64,000 bases of DNA from Dehalococcoidia bacterium (GCA_029247135.1 JAQWLS010000009.1:1863-65862), one strand, 5' to 3'. Positions 30,058 to 41,388 are shown, counted from the stretch's first letter. Made by a program: numbers and translations. The notes: generated by a model from the sequence alone, not told the origin.

Positions 30058-31695
30058 CTACTCAATCGATTGATTAATAGACTCTAGATGCTCAGAAATC
30101 AAAGAAATTTGTTCTGCGAGATCCAGGTTTGCATCAACCTCAACTCCATTTGCAAGTTCGTCCGCATCAGGTCTCTCATATAGGGCTAGCTGTTTATTTA
30201 ATACATTCGGGGTGGCATCCGAAATATTACCTACTTCGTTCATTCTTCTAAGTACACGAGCTTTAGCTATTTCAACATCAATATCTATGGCTATTAGGGT
30301 TGAAAATGCCCCTGACTGACCAGCAATAGACATCGAAGCCAATCGCTGAGTATTTGTCAAATGGGTTGCGTCCATGACAACAGATTGGCCACGCGACATA
30401 AATAATTGGGCTTTTTCGAGCATCTTCGCATAAACCTGCTGGCTAATATCATCTGAATACTTGGATAATGAAAGCTCCTCGTCGACGGCAACACCAAACA
30501 TTTCCTTACGAATAGCATCACTATTGAGCCAAGCAAAGCCATACTTTGAGGCTAAGGTTGCGCCGATAAGCGATTTGCCGCTTCCGGAAACACCACACAT
30601 TACGACAGACATTACCTGACTCAATTTGGGTACATATTCGACCGCTAGTGAAAAATATGCCGAGGCTTCTAGCTCTGATTTCTGACGATCTTGTTCGCTG
30701 AGCCCTGAATCCTGCGCGGTTATCGATGCAATCTTTCCTCTAATAAATGCCCGAAACATCCTGTGCAACGGCTGCACCAGACTTAGCGTTTCATCGCCGG
30801 TTGCAATAATATAGCGACCAACAAGCTCATTAGCTAAATTCTCATAACCTAAAGCCGTCATATCCATAGCCAGAAAAGCTAGCTCATAGCCAACGTCTAA
30901 ATAGCGAAATTGAAACCAATCGTTAAATTCAATTCCATCAACTATGACTATTCCATCCGACCGACCAGCCGCAAGTTCTGAGAAAGAAGCTAAAAGATAA
31001 ACATGGTCACAATGCAAATCACCATGACCCTCAACAACTCGACCAGTCTGGAGTCTTTGCAACAAAACAGGTTCGTACTCGTCTAGCATCATCTCCACCG
31101 ATATCAGCAAGCGCTCATACGTCTCACGTGGCAAAGTGACGTCAATAAAATCTGCAATCTCAGCTAACTCTCTATCCCACCATTCCTTGACTTTTCTTGG
31201 CCCAGCAAATTCAATATCTGATTCTACTTTCTCGCAATTTTTGTGAAATTCGAAAAGACGCATCGCCAGACGCTCAGCTAGATTATCCAGAATTTTACTG
31301 CCAGTCTTAAGAGTCGATGCTAACGTAGCATCCTCGGGTAGGCGCCTCATCTTCACCGCCCACTCTAAAATATCTACTCCCATAGATTTATCAGGCGGAG
31401 GATCGACAAGTATTTGCCCCGAGCTCAAACGAACAACAGGCACAACCTCTAAGTAAACCGAAGGGGCCAGTCGAGTATTTAATACGACTTCCTGCTCACA
31501 AAACTTTTTCCGGCTTTCAAAAGATATCTGGTTAATAAATCCAAAATCGACTGGTTTCTTAGTCTTAAATACATAATCACCAGCGATATGCACATACGAG
31601 ATATGGGTCTCACGAAAAGCGATTTCCGCCACCTCATAGCTGTACGCGGATGGGCTGAGCAGAGCAGTTACATACTCAGGAAATTCTGACGACAT
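30058..31695 (-). CDS. Aminoglycoside-phosphotransferase-like kinase fused to AAA_33 P-loop kinase (Rv2004c-like)
   Basis: ETHIS, KTKKPVDFGF, EGHGDLH, DGIEFND; C-terminal GVSGSGKS, SDAIRK, DAT, SDAT. Confidence 0.88.
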   Translation of the reverse strand: MSSEFPEYVTALLSPSAYSYEVAEIAFRETHISYVHIAGDYVFKTKKPVDFGFINQISFESRKKFCEQEVVLNTRLAPSVYLEVVPVVRLSSGQILVDPPPDKSMGVDILEWAVKMRRLPEDATLASTLKTGSKILDNLAERLAMRLFEFHKNCEKVESDIEFAGPRKVKEWWDRELAEIADFIDVTLPRETYERLLISVEMMLDEYEPVLLQRLQTGRVVEGHGDLHCDHVYLLASFSELAAGRSDGIVIVDGIEFNDWFQFRYLDVGYELAFLAMDMTALGYENLANELVGRYIIATGDETLSLVQPLHRMFRAFIRGKIASITAQDSGLSEQDRQKSELEASAYFSLAVEYVPKLSQVMSVVMCGVSGSGKSLIGATLASKYGFAWLNSDAIRKEMFGVAVDEELSLSKYSDDISQQVYAKMLEKAQLFMSRGQSVVMDATHLTNTQRLASMSIAGQSGAFSTLIAIDIDVEIAKARVLRRMNEVGNISDATPNVLNKQLALYERPDADELANGVEVDANLDLAEQISLISEHLESINQSIE

Positions 31696-31701
31696 TCATT
31701 G

Positions 31702-31747
31702 AAGCTAGCCGCGTCTTGGTAACAAGTCAAACCAAGACCGCTAGAAT
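31702..31747. promoter_or_regulatory. Divergent leaderless-type promoters flanking an inverted repeat
   Basis: TAGCTT (minus) and TAGAAT (plus), each 6 nt before an ATG; gtcttggt-N10-accaagac between them. Confidence 0.5.
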
Positions 31748-31753
31748 AGTGAT

Positions 31754-32242
31754 ATGGAAAATTCTCAACTCACCCACCTTGATTCATCTGGCTCAGCTCG
31801 CATGGTAGACGTATCCACCAAGGACATCACCACACGCGAAGCGACGGCTCAATCAAAAGTATTCCTAAAAAAAGAAACACTCGAATTAATTACACAAGGA
31901 AATATTCCAAAAGGAGATGTTTTCGCAAGTGCCCGAATCGCGGGAATTATGGCAGCAAAGGAAACTCACCGACTAATTCCATTGTGTCACCCACTTCCAA
32001 TAACAGCTGTAAACATTGACATTAATGCCGACAATTCTGCCAATGCGCACAGTATTATTATTGCGGCCACAGTGCGGGTAAATTCTCAAACTGGGGTCGA
32101 AATGGAAGCGCTCACTGCCGCGAGCATCGCCGCTTTGACCATATATGACATGTGCAAGGCGGTTGATCGTGGTATGACGATCTCAGATGTTAAATTATTA
32201 AAGAAATCTGGAGGGCGCTCCGGTAGTTATCAGTCAGAGTGA
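31754..32242 (+). CDS. moaC: Cyclic pyranopterin monophosphate synthase MoaC
   Basis: [44 protein letters not shown]. Confidence 0.97.
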   Translation: MENSQLTHLDSSGSARMVDVSTKDITTREATAQSKVFLKKETLELITQGNIPKGDVFASARIAGIMAAKETHRLIPLCHPLPITAVNIDINADNSANAHSIIIAATVRVNSQTGVEMEALTAASIAALTIYDMCKAVDRGMTISDVKLLKKSGGRSGSYQSE

Positions 32243-35200
32243 ACTAGCTCAACACCTAAAGAAATTGCTTCGCCGTCAAGTTCCCCAGACCACGAAGTCG
32301 CCTCTTCAGAGGAGTCTTCTTCATTAACTTGCAATGCCAGAGTTTCATCAGCTACATATTCTGAGTGCAAATTCATGGCTGATGAAATCAATTCCGTGCC
32401 AGACCAAGAAATCTTAATCCGATCCGATATATCGAATCCCGCGTCTCGACGCAGATTTTGTAATCGTCGCACTATCTCGCGCGCAAGGCCCTCAGCCACC
32501 AATGCGTCATCAAGTCTGATTTCGAGGAGCGCTAAATATCCGCCATCCTCCTGAGCTGACCACCCATCAGATGCTTCTACATCAACAAGAATATCTGTAG
32601 CTGTTAACTCATACTCCCCAAGAGTCACAGACCCACTCAATTTCATTGATTCAATAATCTGACCAGAGTTAGCGGCCTCGATCGCGCTTCTAACCGAAGA
32701 CACATCTTTGCCAAATCTTGGACCTAATGTCTGTAAATTAGGTTTGAGCATAAATTGAACACGATCTCCCGGCTCATCAAGCACCTCCACGGCCTTTACG
32801 TTCAGCTCCGCAGCAATGTCTTCTTTCCAGTTAGCTAACGCCTCGCGTTCCTGAGAGTTACGTGGAATTAAAACCACGGCCGCACAGGGCTGTCTGACTT
32901 TGACTTTTGCCTGTTCCCGAGCTGCCCGCCCCAGTGAAATCATTTTCTGAACCAAGGTGACCTGGCGCGACAAATCCTCGTCAATTAAATCTTCCGATGG
33001 AACCGGCCAATAATTTAAATGGACAGAATCAATATCGCTACCACTGTGCGATCGCTCCAAATTCTGATAAATAGTTTCAGCAATAAAGGGAGTAAAGGGT
33101 GCTAATAATTTACTCACGGTGGTTAGGCAATGATACAGAGTTGCCAGTGCAGCCCTGGAGTCTTCATCATCACCAGATTTCCAGAATCTTCGACGATTCC
33201 GTCTGACGTACCAATTCGAAAGCTGGTCTACGAACGATGCTATAGGATGTGCTGCCTGAGCAGGCTCATATGAATCCAAGGCAGAAGTGACTTTACCTAC
33301 TGTGATTTCGAGCTCAGAACGAATCCACCTATCGATTGGAACCTGCGAATTAAGTGAAGTGTAATCCGTAGGATTGAATGTGCCGGTATTTGCGTAGGTG
33401 ACAAAAAATGAGTATGTATTCCAAAGTGTTGACAAAAATTTTCTCGATGTTTCCTGCACTAAATCTGCAGAAAATCTTCTTGAATTGCCAGGAGGAGAAG
33501 CCGTATACATTGTCCAGCGCACCGCATCCGCTCCATAGTCATCCAAAACTGACCAAGGATTAATCACATTGCCAACGGACTTTGACATCTTTGAACCTTC
33601 ACCATCAAGAATATGGCCGAGGCAAATAACGTTTTCAAAGGATCTCTCTGCATGAGTATCGCCTGTACGGTGCAACAACGTTGCTAGAGCGTGTAGCGTA
33701 TAAAACCATCCCCTTGTCTGATCAACCGCCTCACAAATAAAATCAGCAGGAAACTCCTCAGTGAAAATATCTTTATTCTCAAAAGGATAATGATGCTGTG
33801 CATAAGGCATGGCACCTGAATCAAACCATGCGTCAGCCACCTCAGGAGTCCTATTCATTCGACCACTACACTGCATACAACCAATAACCACGTCATCCAC
33901 AAATGGTCGATGAGGATCTATTTCACCGTCAGGTCGCTTAATTGCCTCTCCTGTACCGTCTATCGCTCTTTCAAAAAGCTCATCAAATGATCCAATCGCA
34001 TCAATAGACCCACATTCCTCACAAGACCATATAGGTAAAGGAGTGCCCCAATAACGCTCTCGCGAAACTGCCCAGTCCACATTGTCCGAAAGCCACTCGC
34101 CAAATCGACCATCTTTTATATGATTAGGAACCCAACCAATTTCCTGATTAGAGGAAACGAGATCATCACGGACCGCAGTCGTGCGTATGTACCAAGATGG
34201 TTTTGCATAATAAAGAATCGGAGAATCACATCTCCAACAGAAAGGATATGTATGACGAATCTGCTCAGATTTAAATAAAAGACCTCTCTCACGCAGGTCC
34301 GCAGTAACGGCTTTGTCGGCCTCCTTGGCAAACAGTCCGTCTCCAGGTCCGCCTAGGACAATTCCATCTGGACGTACCGGTTGTAAAAACATCAAATCGT
34401 TAGCTCGACCGATTCCATAGTCCTCCGCTCCAAAAGCAGGTGCCACATGAAGAACACCTGTTCCTTCATCGGTAGTCACCTCATCTGATGCGACGACTTT
34501 ACGGCTCGGAAGATCGTCCAAAGACGCTGGTCTCACTGCGACGCCATCCACAAACATATATGGATCTGTATCCTCCCAAAGTTCAGCTGGCCATAGCTCC
34601 TCGTAATATGCGCCAAGTAGCCTGGCGCCCTTAAAACGCACTAAAACATTACCATCCGGTGCAAGATCGGATACTCGGTCTGTCGCGACGATAATTCGCT
34701 CGATGCCTATGTGTTGATCTTCTCTTTCAACCAAGGAGTACTCAGCATTCACAGAAATCGCTAACGCCGCTGACCCGGAGAGCGTCCAAGGTGTAGTCGT
34801 CCAAGCTAACAGGGACGTCTTGATTCCTTGACTGAGTTGCAGAAGCTCAACGGATTCATCGCTCAGGTTGCTAGACTCGCTAGGCACAACGAAACGAATA
34901 GTTACGCCAGGATCCGGTGTGTCCTCTTTGTAACCAAGAGAAATCTCATGACTCGAGAGAGAAGTTTGACATCTAGGGCAGTGCGGCGTCACCCTAAAAT
35001 CCTGGAACATTAAACCGTTATCCCACAAGCGCTTAAATATCCACCAGCATGACTCAACATAATTCGCGTCATAGGTCACATAGGGATCGCTCATATCAAC
35101 CCAATAGCCAATCCGATCCGTTAAACGTTCCCAGTCCTGCACATAGTTAAAAACAGATTCTCTACATCTTCGGTTGAATTCCTCAACTCCAAAAATCTCT

Positions 35201-35547
35201 ATTTCCTTCTTTTCTTTGAAACCAAGCTGCTTCTCAACCTCCAGTTCAACCGGAAGTCCATGAGTATCCCAACCACCTTTTCTTGGGACACGATACCCAC
35301 GCATCGTGCGATATCTTGGAATCAAATCTTTAAAAGCACGCGCGAGTACGTGATGAATTCCGGGATTTCCATTGGCAGTTGGTGGGCCCTCATAAAAAAT
35401 GAATTTATTATCAATGGGTCTTTCTTCGACTGATCGCCTAAAGACATCTAACTCTTTCCACAATGCTAGAATATCCTGCTCTTGCGCAGGAAAAGAAACT
35501 CGAGAATTGACTTCTTGAAACAATCCCAAACCTATGCCCCTAATCAA
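32230..35547 (-). CDS. ileS: Isoleucine--tRNA ligase, type 2 (IleRS2)
   Basis: [52 protein letters not shown]-terminal [14 protein letters not shown] typical of IleRS2; true start may be TTG 35523. Confidence 0.97.
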   Translation of the reverse strand: MIRGIGLGLFQEVNSRVSFPAQEQDILALWKELDVFRRSVEERPIDNKFIFYEGPPTANGNPGIHHVLARAFKDLIPRYRTMRGYRVPRKGGWDTHGLPVELEVEKQLGFKEKKEIEIFGVEEFNRRCRESVFNYVQDWERLTDRIGYWVDMSDPYVTYDANYVESCWWIFKRLWDNGLMFQDFRVTPHCPRCQTSLSSHEISLGYKEDTPDPGVTIRFVVPSESSNLSDESVELLQLSQGIKTSLLAWTTTPWTLSGSAALAISVNAEYSLVEREDQHIGIERIIVATDRVSDLAPDGNVLVRFKGARLLGAYYEELWPAELWEDTDPYMFVDGVAVRPASLDDLPSRKVVASDEVTTDEGTGVLHVAPAFGAEDYGIGRANDLMFLQPVRPDGIVLGGPGDGLFAKEADKAVTADLRERGLLFKSEQIRHTYPFCWRCDSPILYYAKPSWYIRTTAVRDDLVSSNQEIGWVPNHIKDGRFGEWLSDNVDWAVSRERYWGTPLPIWSCEECGSIDAIGSFDELFERAIDGTGEAIKRPDGEIDPHRPFVDDVVIGCMQCSGRMNRTPEVADAWFDSGAMPYAQHHYPFENKDIFTEEFPADFICEAVDQTRGWFYTLHALATLLHRTGDTHAERSFENVICLGHILDGEGSKMSKSVGNVINPWSVLDDYGADAVRWTMYTASPPGNSRRFSADLVQETSRKFLSTLWNTYSFFVTYANTGTFNPTDYTSLNSQVPIDRWIRSELEITVGKVTSALDSYEPAQAAHPIASFVDQLSNWYVRRNRRRFWKSGDDEDSRAALATLYHCLTTVSKLLAPFTPFIAETIYQNLERSHSGSDIDSVHLNYWPVPSEDLIDEDLSRQVTLVQKMISLGRAAREQAKVKVRQPCAAVVLIPRNSQEREALANWKEDIAAELNVKAVEVLDEPGDRVQFMLKPNLQTLGPRFGKDVSSVRSAIEAANSGQIIESMKLSGSVTLGEYELTATDILVDVEASDGWSAQEDGGYLALLEIRLDDALVAEGLAREIVRRLQNLRRDAGFDISDRIKISWSGTELISSAMNLHSEYVADETLALQVNEEDSSEEATSWSGELDGEAISLGVELVHSD

Positions 35548-35676
35548 TCACTTAGATACGTATTTTTTCTATAAAACGAAAAATCCACCTTAGTCTTTTC
35601 TTTGCATATGCCCACAATATCGTCAGGTTTTATCTCTCATTAGTGAAGTCCAACTGACACTATTCCACTCAAAACA

Positions 35677-36492
35677 CTAACAGTCTAATTCAACCTTATC
35701 TACAAAGGCTCGAACAGATGAATTCCAAACCAACGGATTTTCAAAATAAGCTGAATGACCCGCTACAGGAACCCCTACATATTGTGAACCAGGGGTTAGT
35801 TGATGTGATATTTGAATTAAATCAGGATGAACAACACGATCATAATTTCCACAAATCCAAAGTATAGGTAGCTGACTTTCACTCAACCTCTGAGCAGTTG
35901 TGCCTTTGTAATTAATCATTCTAGTTGTCGGCGCCAAAAAATCTTTTGGCCGTTTCGGATTCAACCCACGTAGCTGTCTGTATAAAAATTGTCTTTCAGG
36001 ATTTGTTTTAGCAAAATCGGGCGCCATCGCTCTCTGTAATAGCGAGCCCGCAAGCGTACCGTCTTGCTCTAATTGTGATTTTAAGACCCTATATGATTCG
36101 TCAACGCAACCACCATTCGTACCAGAATAAATCAATGATTTGATCATCTCAGGCTCTCGTGAAAATAATCCAAAAGCCGTACGTCCTCCCATGGAGTGAG
36201 CCACAAAATGAACATTATCGACTTGAAGGTGTTTCAATAGCGCTCGCGTATCAGACCCAAAAGCAATGCGTCCGGGTCCGTCCGTAATATCTGGGGAACG
36301 ACCGAACGCGCGATGATCGAATGTAATAACAGGATATCTGTCTGAGAAGGCTTGAATATTTTGCCACCAAACTGCAGCATTTCCGCCCGCGCCATGAGCC
36401 AGTAATATTGGTGATACGGTGCTCGTAGCTATGTCTGGTCCGTGGGTCTCATAATATAGAGAAAAGCCGTCAGCGAATTCTAGGCGGGGCAT
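35677..36492 (-). CDS. Alpha/beta fold hydrolase
   Basis: AHGAGG, DHRAFGRS, AHSMGG nucleophile elbow, AGHSAY. Confidence 0.9.
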   Translation of the reverse strand: MPRLEFADGFSLYYETHGPDIATSTVSPILLAHGAGGNAAVWWQNIQAFSDRYPVITFDHRAFGRSPDITDGPGRIAFGSDTRALLKHLQVDNVHFVAHSMGGRTAFGLFSREPEMIKSLIYSGTNGGCVDESYRVLKSQLEQDGTLAGSLLQRAMAPDFAKTNPERQFLYRQLRGLNPKRPKDFLAPTTRMINYKGTTAQRLSESQLPILWICGNYDRVVHPDLIQISHQLTPGSQYVGVPVAGHSAYFENPLVWNSSVRAFVDKVELDC

Positions 36493-36964
36493 ATTCTCTC
36501 AACTCCTCATCCCACGGCTCTCCAGTTGCCTTGGCTACGACATCTAGCATATCCTCAACGTCGCCTTTAAGTGCGTCATCAGGTTGTTCACCCAAGACGG
36601 CTAATGCATCTAAAAATAACGCACGGGCTTTTTCATAAAGCTCTTGAGGCGTCTCAGTCGGGGCCTGAAACGAAAATTTCGGACGCTCTAGCGCATTAGC
36701 TATGTACTCCGAACACCAACCAGCCGTATACAGAATATACGCGTCTACAGGATCAAATTTCACAGCCTGCTTCAAATAATCCAAACCTTCACCAAACTTA
36801 CGTTGTCTCGTAACTAACGTCTGGCCCAGATAAGAATACCCTGCTGCAAATTCAGGATGATCTGCAACAATTCCTCGGACCTGTTCAATCGCCGTCGAAA
36901 TATCACCGGCTGCATGCAGCTGCATAGCTCCGCGCAGTAGGGTATTTGGATCAAGATTTGTCAT
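36470..36964 (-). CDS. TPR-like helical repeat protein
   Basis: HPEFAAGYSYLG..YLKQAVKFDP TPR pattern; start moved to ATG 36964 (TAGAGT -10 lies 7 nt upstream). Confidence 0.65.
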   Translation of the reverse strand: MTNLDPNTLLRGAMQLHAAGDISTAIEQVRGIVADHPEFAAGYSYLGQTLVTRQRKFGEGLDYLKQAVKFDPVDAYILYTAGWCSEYIANALERPKFSFQAPTETPQELYEKARALFLDALAVLGEQPDDALKGDVEDMLDVVAKATGEPWDEELREYAPPRIR

Positions 36965-37067
36965 ACCTATAACTCTAACCGGCATCACGTCTAAATTTTT
37001 TAAATTCGCAAAGCTAAAACTAAAATAATGCGCTAACATGCCTTATTACTGGGGAGGTAAATTAAAT

Positions 37068-37541
37068 ATGACTGATGAGTTAGAACTAACACAGGATATG
37101 AAAGATGCGATTGACCGAGAAGGAGATCCTGTTCTGTACGAGGTCACAACGCTGGGGATTCGAACATTTGCTCGAGCCGTCGGCTATACAAATACCAAAT
37201 ATTATGACGAAGATGCAGCTCAGGCTGCTGGCCATGCGGCCTTGCCATCACCACCAGGCTATTTAGGTATGCCAGTGTGGAATCCAAACAAAGAACCATC
37301 AAGACAACCCACCTTCAATAATCCATTTACGCGAAATTTAAATGGTGGAACTCAAGTTCAGCCGATTCAACAGGTATATGCTGGAGACGTACTCAGTGCC
37401 GTCTCACGAATCACCAACCTGACCTTGAGTCCAAGTAAATCCCTGGGGAAAATGCTGATTCGCGAGACCGAAACTGTCTATACGCGACAATCAGATGGTG
37501 TGGTTGTAGCCAAAACTCAAGGGCAAGGAATTTCTTACTAG
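37068..37541 (+). CDS. MaoC-family dehydratase, N-terminal/partner (HadA-like hotdog) subunit
   Basis: IRTFARAVG, YYDEDAA, LNGG, VYAGDVL; GGAGG RBS before ATG 37068. Confidence 0.8.
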   Translation: MTDELELTQDMKDAIDREGDPVLYEVTTLGIRTFARAVGYTNTKYYDEDAAQAAGHAALPSPPGYLGMPVWNPNKEPSRQPTFNNPFTRNLNGGTQVQPIQQVYAGDVLSAVSRITNLTLSPSKSLGKMLIRETETVYTRQSDGVVVAKTQGQGISY

Positions 37542-37571
37542 GATATTTATACGTTAGCGAAGGAGAAAAAC

Positions 37572-37997
37572 ATGGTATCTGCACAAAACTGGAATGAAGT
37601 AACCGAGGGGCAAGTATTCACGCTTACCGAGCCAATGGACTCCCAACGACTTGTCATATGGGCTGCGGCGTCCGGCGATTTTTACCAAATTCACTATGAC
37701 GATGACTTTGCAAAAGGAAATAATCTTCCTGACATCATTGTGCACGGGGCACTTAAAGGAATGCTCGTCGGACGACTACTCGACGAGATTTGTGGCGACA
37801 CGGGAAAAATTACGAACTTTGGAGTGTCCTACCGAGGGATGGATCCAGCGCGACAAGATTTAACAGTCCACGCAACCGTTACAAAAAAGTACGAAGAAAA
37901 TGGTGAACACCTGTTGGACCTCGAAGTAGGAGTAAAACAAGAGGACGGATCCACGGAAACTACTCCGGGAACAGCCACTATCTCTATACCTGCCTAG
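37572..37997 (+). CDS. MaoC-family (R)-enoyl-CoA hydratase/dehydratase, catalytic (HadB-like) subunit
   Basis: Hydratase-2 motif WAAASGDFYQIHYDDDFAK..IIVHG. Confidence 0.88.
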   Translation: MVSAQNWNEVTEGQVFTLTEPMDSQRLVIWAAASGDFYQIHYDDDFAKGNNLPDIIVHGALKGMLVGRLLDEICGDTGKITNFGVSYRGMDPARQDLTVHATVTKKYEENGEHLLDLEVGVKQEDGSTETTPGTATISIPA

Positions 37998-38012
37998 TCA
38001 CAATTCGACAGT

Positions 38013-39440
38013 ATGAACAGGACGGATTTTGAACGAGGCGTACGACTTGCTGGATTGCAGGTTCCAGACTCGGATATCAAGCTTATCGGTAGTGATCCCG
38101 TCTACTACGCCCCTTTCCACCTTGGAGAGGGGGCCGCGATAGCTCACGCATTGATAGGGTCACAAATTGACCAGATATGGCAAGAGCAGGGACATAAGGC
38201 TCAGCAAATTGCGGTCGATGTCCGACACGCTGCTGCGTCACTCAATTCTTACCGGTGGCTGGAAATTAAGAATAAGTTAGCAACTGATAGTCTACCCGCA
38301 GCGAGAAATATGACCCGAATCTTTAGGTGCAAAGATGGCAGGTTCATCCACCTACATAAATCATTTCGCGACGGCCCATCTATTGCAGTCGAACTAGGAA
38401 TAGAGCAAGAGGCTGATGTTTCAACTATTGCTGAAGCGGTCTCACGCCGCAACTCTTTTGAGTTAGAGGCTGCACTAATTCGACAAGATCTCTCAGGAGC
38501 CGTCGTTAGAAATCCATCCGAATGGGTAAAACATCCGCAAGGAAAAGAGTTGCTTCGCAGACCTGTAGTTGAAATTACAAAAATTGGTGATGCCCCTCCT
38601 GAACCGATCAAAATTGGCTCGCGACCCCTTTCAGATCTGCGGGTCCTTGATCTCACGCGTGTATTAGCTGGCCCGACAAGCGCTCGTACATTAGCTGAAC
38701 ATGGCGCCAATGTTGTACATGTAGCATCGCCACACTTGCCTACAATCGACCTCTTTGAAATGGACACCGGCCATGGGAAACGTCAGATACACATTGACTT
38801 AAATACGGAAAATGACGTCGATACACTTACTGCAATGGCAAAGCACGCCGATGTCTTTAGTCAAGGTTTTCGCAAAGGTGCGCTAGATAGGCGTGGATTT
38901 GGCCCGCAGCAACTGGCTGCGTTGCGACCCGGCATCATCTATGTATCTGAAAATTGTTACGGACATCACGGACCATGGGCTAATCGGCCAGGCTGGGAAC
39001 AATTTGCACAAACAGTTTCTGGAGTTGCTGAACTTCAAGGTCAAATGAGTCCGTTGAGTCCGGACAGTGAGCACTCGATCGCTGCCGGTAGCGATCCTCA
39101 TACGCCTCGACTAGCGCCTGCGGCCATGAATGATTACGTAACTGCATCATTCGCCACCTATGGTGTGCTCGAAGCGCTACAACGACGAGCTGAAGAAGGC
39201 GGCTCATGGCACGTACAAGTCTCGCTTACCCAAACATCAATGTGGTTTACACGCCTAGGATTACTGCAAGATGTTAGCCAAGAACAAAACATAGGAGCGG
39301 TAGATGATTTTCTCGAGACCCATGACACCCCCTACGGTGAAATGCTGCATCTCGCCCCTGTACTACAAATGTCTGACACCCAGCCATATTGGGCCTTTGG
39401 TACCAGACCATTAGGGACTGACATAGCTGAATGGATCTAA
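38013..39440 (+). CDS. Family III (CaiB/BaiF) CoA-transferase
   Basis: PLSDLRVLDLTRVLAGP, DTGHGKR, ADVFSQGFR, AMNDYVT. Confidence 0.9.
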   Translation: MNRTDFERGVRLAGLQVPDSDIKLIGSDPVYYAPFHLGEGAAIAHALIGSQIDQIWQEQGHKAQQIAVDVRHAAASLNSYRWLEIKNKLATDSLPAARNMTRIFRCKDGRFIHLHKSFRDGPSIAVELGIEQEADVSTIAEAVSRRNSFELEAALIRQDLSGAVVRNPSEWVKHPQGKELLRRPVVEITKIGDAPPEPIKIGSRPLSDLRVLDLTRVLAGPTSARTLAEHGANVVHVASPHLPTIDLFEMDTGHGKRQIHIDLNTENDVDTLTAMAKHADVFSQGFRKGALDRRGFGPQQLAALRPGIIYVSENCYGHHGPWANRPGWEQFAQTVSGVAELQGQMSPLSPDSEHSIAAGSDPHTPRLAPAAMNDYVTASFATYGVLEALQRRAEEGGSWHVQVSLTQTSMWFTRLGLLQDVSQEQNIGAVDDFLETHDTPYGEMLHLAPVLQMSDTQPYWAFGTRPLGTDIAEWI

Positions 39441-39513
39441 TATAACCACTACCCGCAAAATGGCATCTTGTCTTGAACGGGGAGTGGACCTATGGTTTGC
39501 GACATATATACAA

Positions 39514-39555
39514 ACTAGGTAAGAGGGTTCAGATATCTAAACCCTCTTACCTAGT
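39514..39555. terminator. Intrinsic terminator between convergent CoA-transferase and glnII
   Basis: Perfect 16-bp stem actaggtaagagggtt / aaccctcttacctagt with short T-rich flanks. Confidence 0.75.
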
Positions 39556-39570
39556 AGTTTATATTTTCGA

Positions 39571-40569
39571 CTAGCCGCAAGTGGTCTGAACAATCAGACG
39601 CGTCACCAAATATGGGTCCATATTCGAAGCCGGACGACGATCCTCTAAATAGCCTTTTTGATCGACTTCAACCTGCCACGGTATTCGTATGGATGCACCT
39701 CTATCAGAAACGCCATAACTGAACTGATCTATTCGTTGCGTCTCATGAGCTCCAGTTAAACGATTTTCATTACCGGCTCCATAGTTAAGTATGTGCTCCT
39801 GTATATTTTTACCAAGCGCCTCACATGCATCAACAATTGGTTGATACGACTCCCTCATAGACTTAGTAGAGTAATTTGTGTGACAACCGGCACCATTCCA
39901 ATCACCCAATACAGGCTTTGGATCGATAGACACAACCACATCATATTCTTCTGCTACACGGTGTAAAAGCCAGCGAGATACCCATAACTGATCTGATACT
40001 TCCAGAGGCCCTAGTGGGCCAACTTGGAATTCCCATTGTCCTGGCATCACTTCAGCATTTGTTCCTGCTATACCAATTCCCGCCTCGATACAGGCTGAGG
40101 CGTGTGCCTCAGATATTTCTCGACCGAAAATATTATTGGCACCCACTGCACAATAGTACGGACCTTGTGGCCCAGGAAATCCACCCTCTGGAAACCCAAG
40201 TGGCTGTTGGCCATCCGCCTCAAACAGAGTGTATTCCTGTTCAATTCCAAACCATGCCTCTTCATCAGCAAATTTCTCCGCCACATCGGCACAGGCTGCT
40301 CGGGTATTAGTTGGATGAGGAGTCATATCAGGCAACAAAACTTCACACATCACTAATACGTCATTACCGCCCCTGATCGGATCAGGACAGCTGTAAACAG
40401 GCCTAAGAACACAATCAGAGTTTTCACCTGGCGCCTGATTAGTACTTGAACCATCAAATCCCCATATAGGAAAATCCGTCGTTCCATCTGCTAGCACTCG
40501 TGTTTTAGAACGCATAGATGGGCTTGGGTCAGTCCCATCAATCCAAATATATTCCGCCTTAAACGCCAT
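39571..40569 (-). CDS. glnII: Glutamine synthetase type II (GSII)
   Basis: About 330 aa; AEYIWIDG, WGFDGSSTNQA, GIEQEY, NAEVMPGQWEFQVG, DWNGAGCHTN, RLTGAHET, DRGASIRIP, YLEDRRP; GGGGA RBS before ATG 40569. Confidence 0.95.
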   Translation of the reverse strand: MAFKAEYIWIDGTDPSPSMRSKTRVLADGTTDFPIWGFDGSSTNQAPGENSDCVLRPVYSCPDPIRGGNDVLVMCEVLLPDMTPHPTNTRAACADVAEKFADEEAWFGIEQEYTLFEADGQQPLGFPEGGFPGPQGPYYCAVGANNIFGREISEAHASACIEAGIGIAGTNAEVMPGQWEFQVGPLGPLEVSDQLWVSRWLLHRVAEEYDVVVSIDPKPVLGDWNGAGCHTNYSTKSMRESYQPIVDACEALGKNIQEHILNYGAGNENRLTGAHETQRIDQFSYGVSDRGASIRIPWQVEVDQKGYLEDRRPASNMDPYLVTRLIVQTTCG

Positions 40570-40634
40570 AATCCCCACCTTTCGCTGCACCTCCCCTAAA
40601 AGGAAGTTTGATTAACCAATTATTTCGCGACAAT

Positions 40635-40650
40635 GTTTCGTCTGTATTAT
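40635..40650 (-). promoter_or_regulatory. Candidate GlnR-binding box upstream of glnII
   Basis: Minus strand ATAAT-acagac-GAAAC versus actinobacterial consensus GTNAC-N6-GAAAC. Confidence 0.45.
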
Positions 40651-40716
40651 CAACTCAAGTCGTAAATATTAAAACAATTAAATCAATGAAACCAAGCAAA
40701 AGAAATTAAATATAAC

Positions 40717-41388
40717 TCACCTATAACGGTCTACAAAACGATATCCCACGTTGCGAACAGTTTCGACGAATTCTTCCTCTGATTCAATCTTTGCTCGAAT
40801 ACGACGAACATGTACATCAACCGTGCGAACACCTCCAAAATAGTCGTACCCCCAAACCTGATTTAGTAGCACTTCTCGGGTATACGGACGGCCAGGGCTA
40901 GACGCCAAAAAACGTAAAAGTGAATATTCTTTATACGTAAGATCTATTGGCTCGCCTGCAAGAGTCACCCGGTACCTATCTAAATCAATAATCAATGGCC
41001 CATGACGAAGCCGGTTATCAACGTCCGTGCCAAGACTTCTTGTTATCTGTTTCGAAATTCGTACGCGAAGCTCTTCCTGAGAAACAGGAGCCTCCACAAA
41101 ATCATCCACCTCAAGAGATCGAAGATCAGGATAAGAGCTCGACGTAACAATTAAAATAACCGATGGCGTTGCTAAAACTGCCTCGTCTCTCAAAAGCGCA
41201 GCTATACCTCCCATAGATAAGCCCATGTCCAAATCGATCAGTATCGATACTGGACGCCAAGATCGTGCCTCTTCCAAGCATTCCCGAGCAGTCGAAACAA
41301 CCTTAGACAATCGACCATCCGTGCGAGCTACTGCCTCCACATCAGCCACGTATTCCAAGTTGTTAGTTAAAGTGAGATAACCTTCCAT
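40717..41388 (-). CDS. OmpR/PhoB-family response regulator with atypical receiver, GlnR-like
   Basis: wHTH DLTYKEY..QVWGYDYFGGVRTVDVHVRRIRAK..ETVRNVGY closely resembles actinobacterial GlnR; receiver lacks the acidic pocket and conserved Lys; no kinase gene adjacent. Confidence 0.85.
   Translation of the reverse strand: MEGYLTLTNNLEYVADVEAVARTDGRLSKVVSTARECLEEARSWRPVSILIDLDMGLSMGGIAALLRDEAVLATPSVILIVTSSSYPDLRSLEVDDFVEAPVSQEELRVRISKQITRSLGTDVDNRLRHGPLIIDLDRYRVTLAGEPIDLTYKEYSLLRFLASSPGRPYTREVLLNQVWGYDYFGGVRTVDVHVRRIRAKIESEEEFVETVRNVGYRFVDRYR

Noticed and set aside
35548..35676. T-box riboswitch upstream of ileS
   Set aside because: The region is only about 130 nt and I could not recognise a T-box consensus or terminator.
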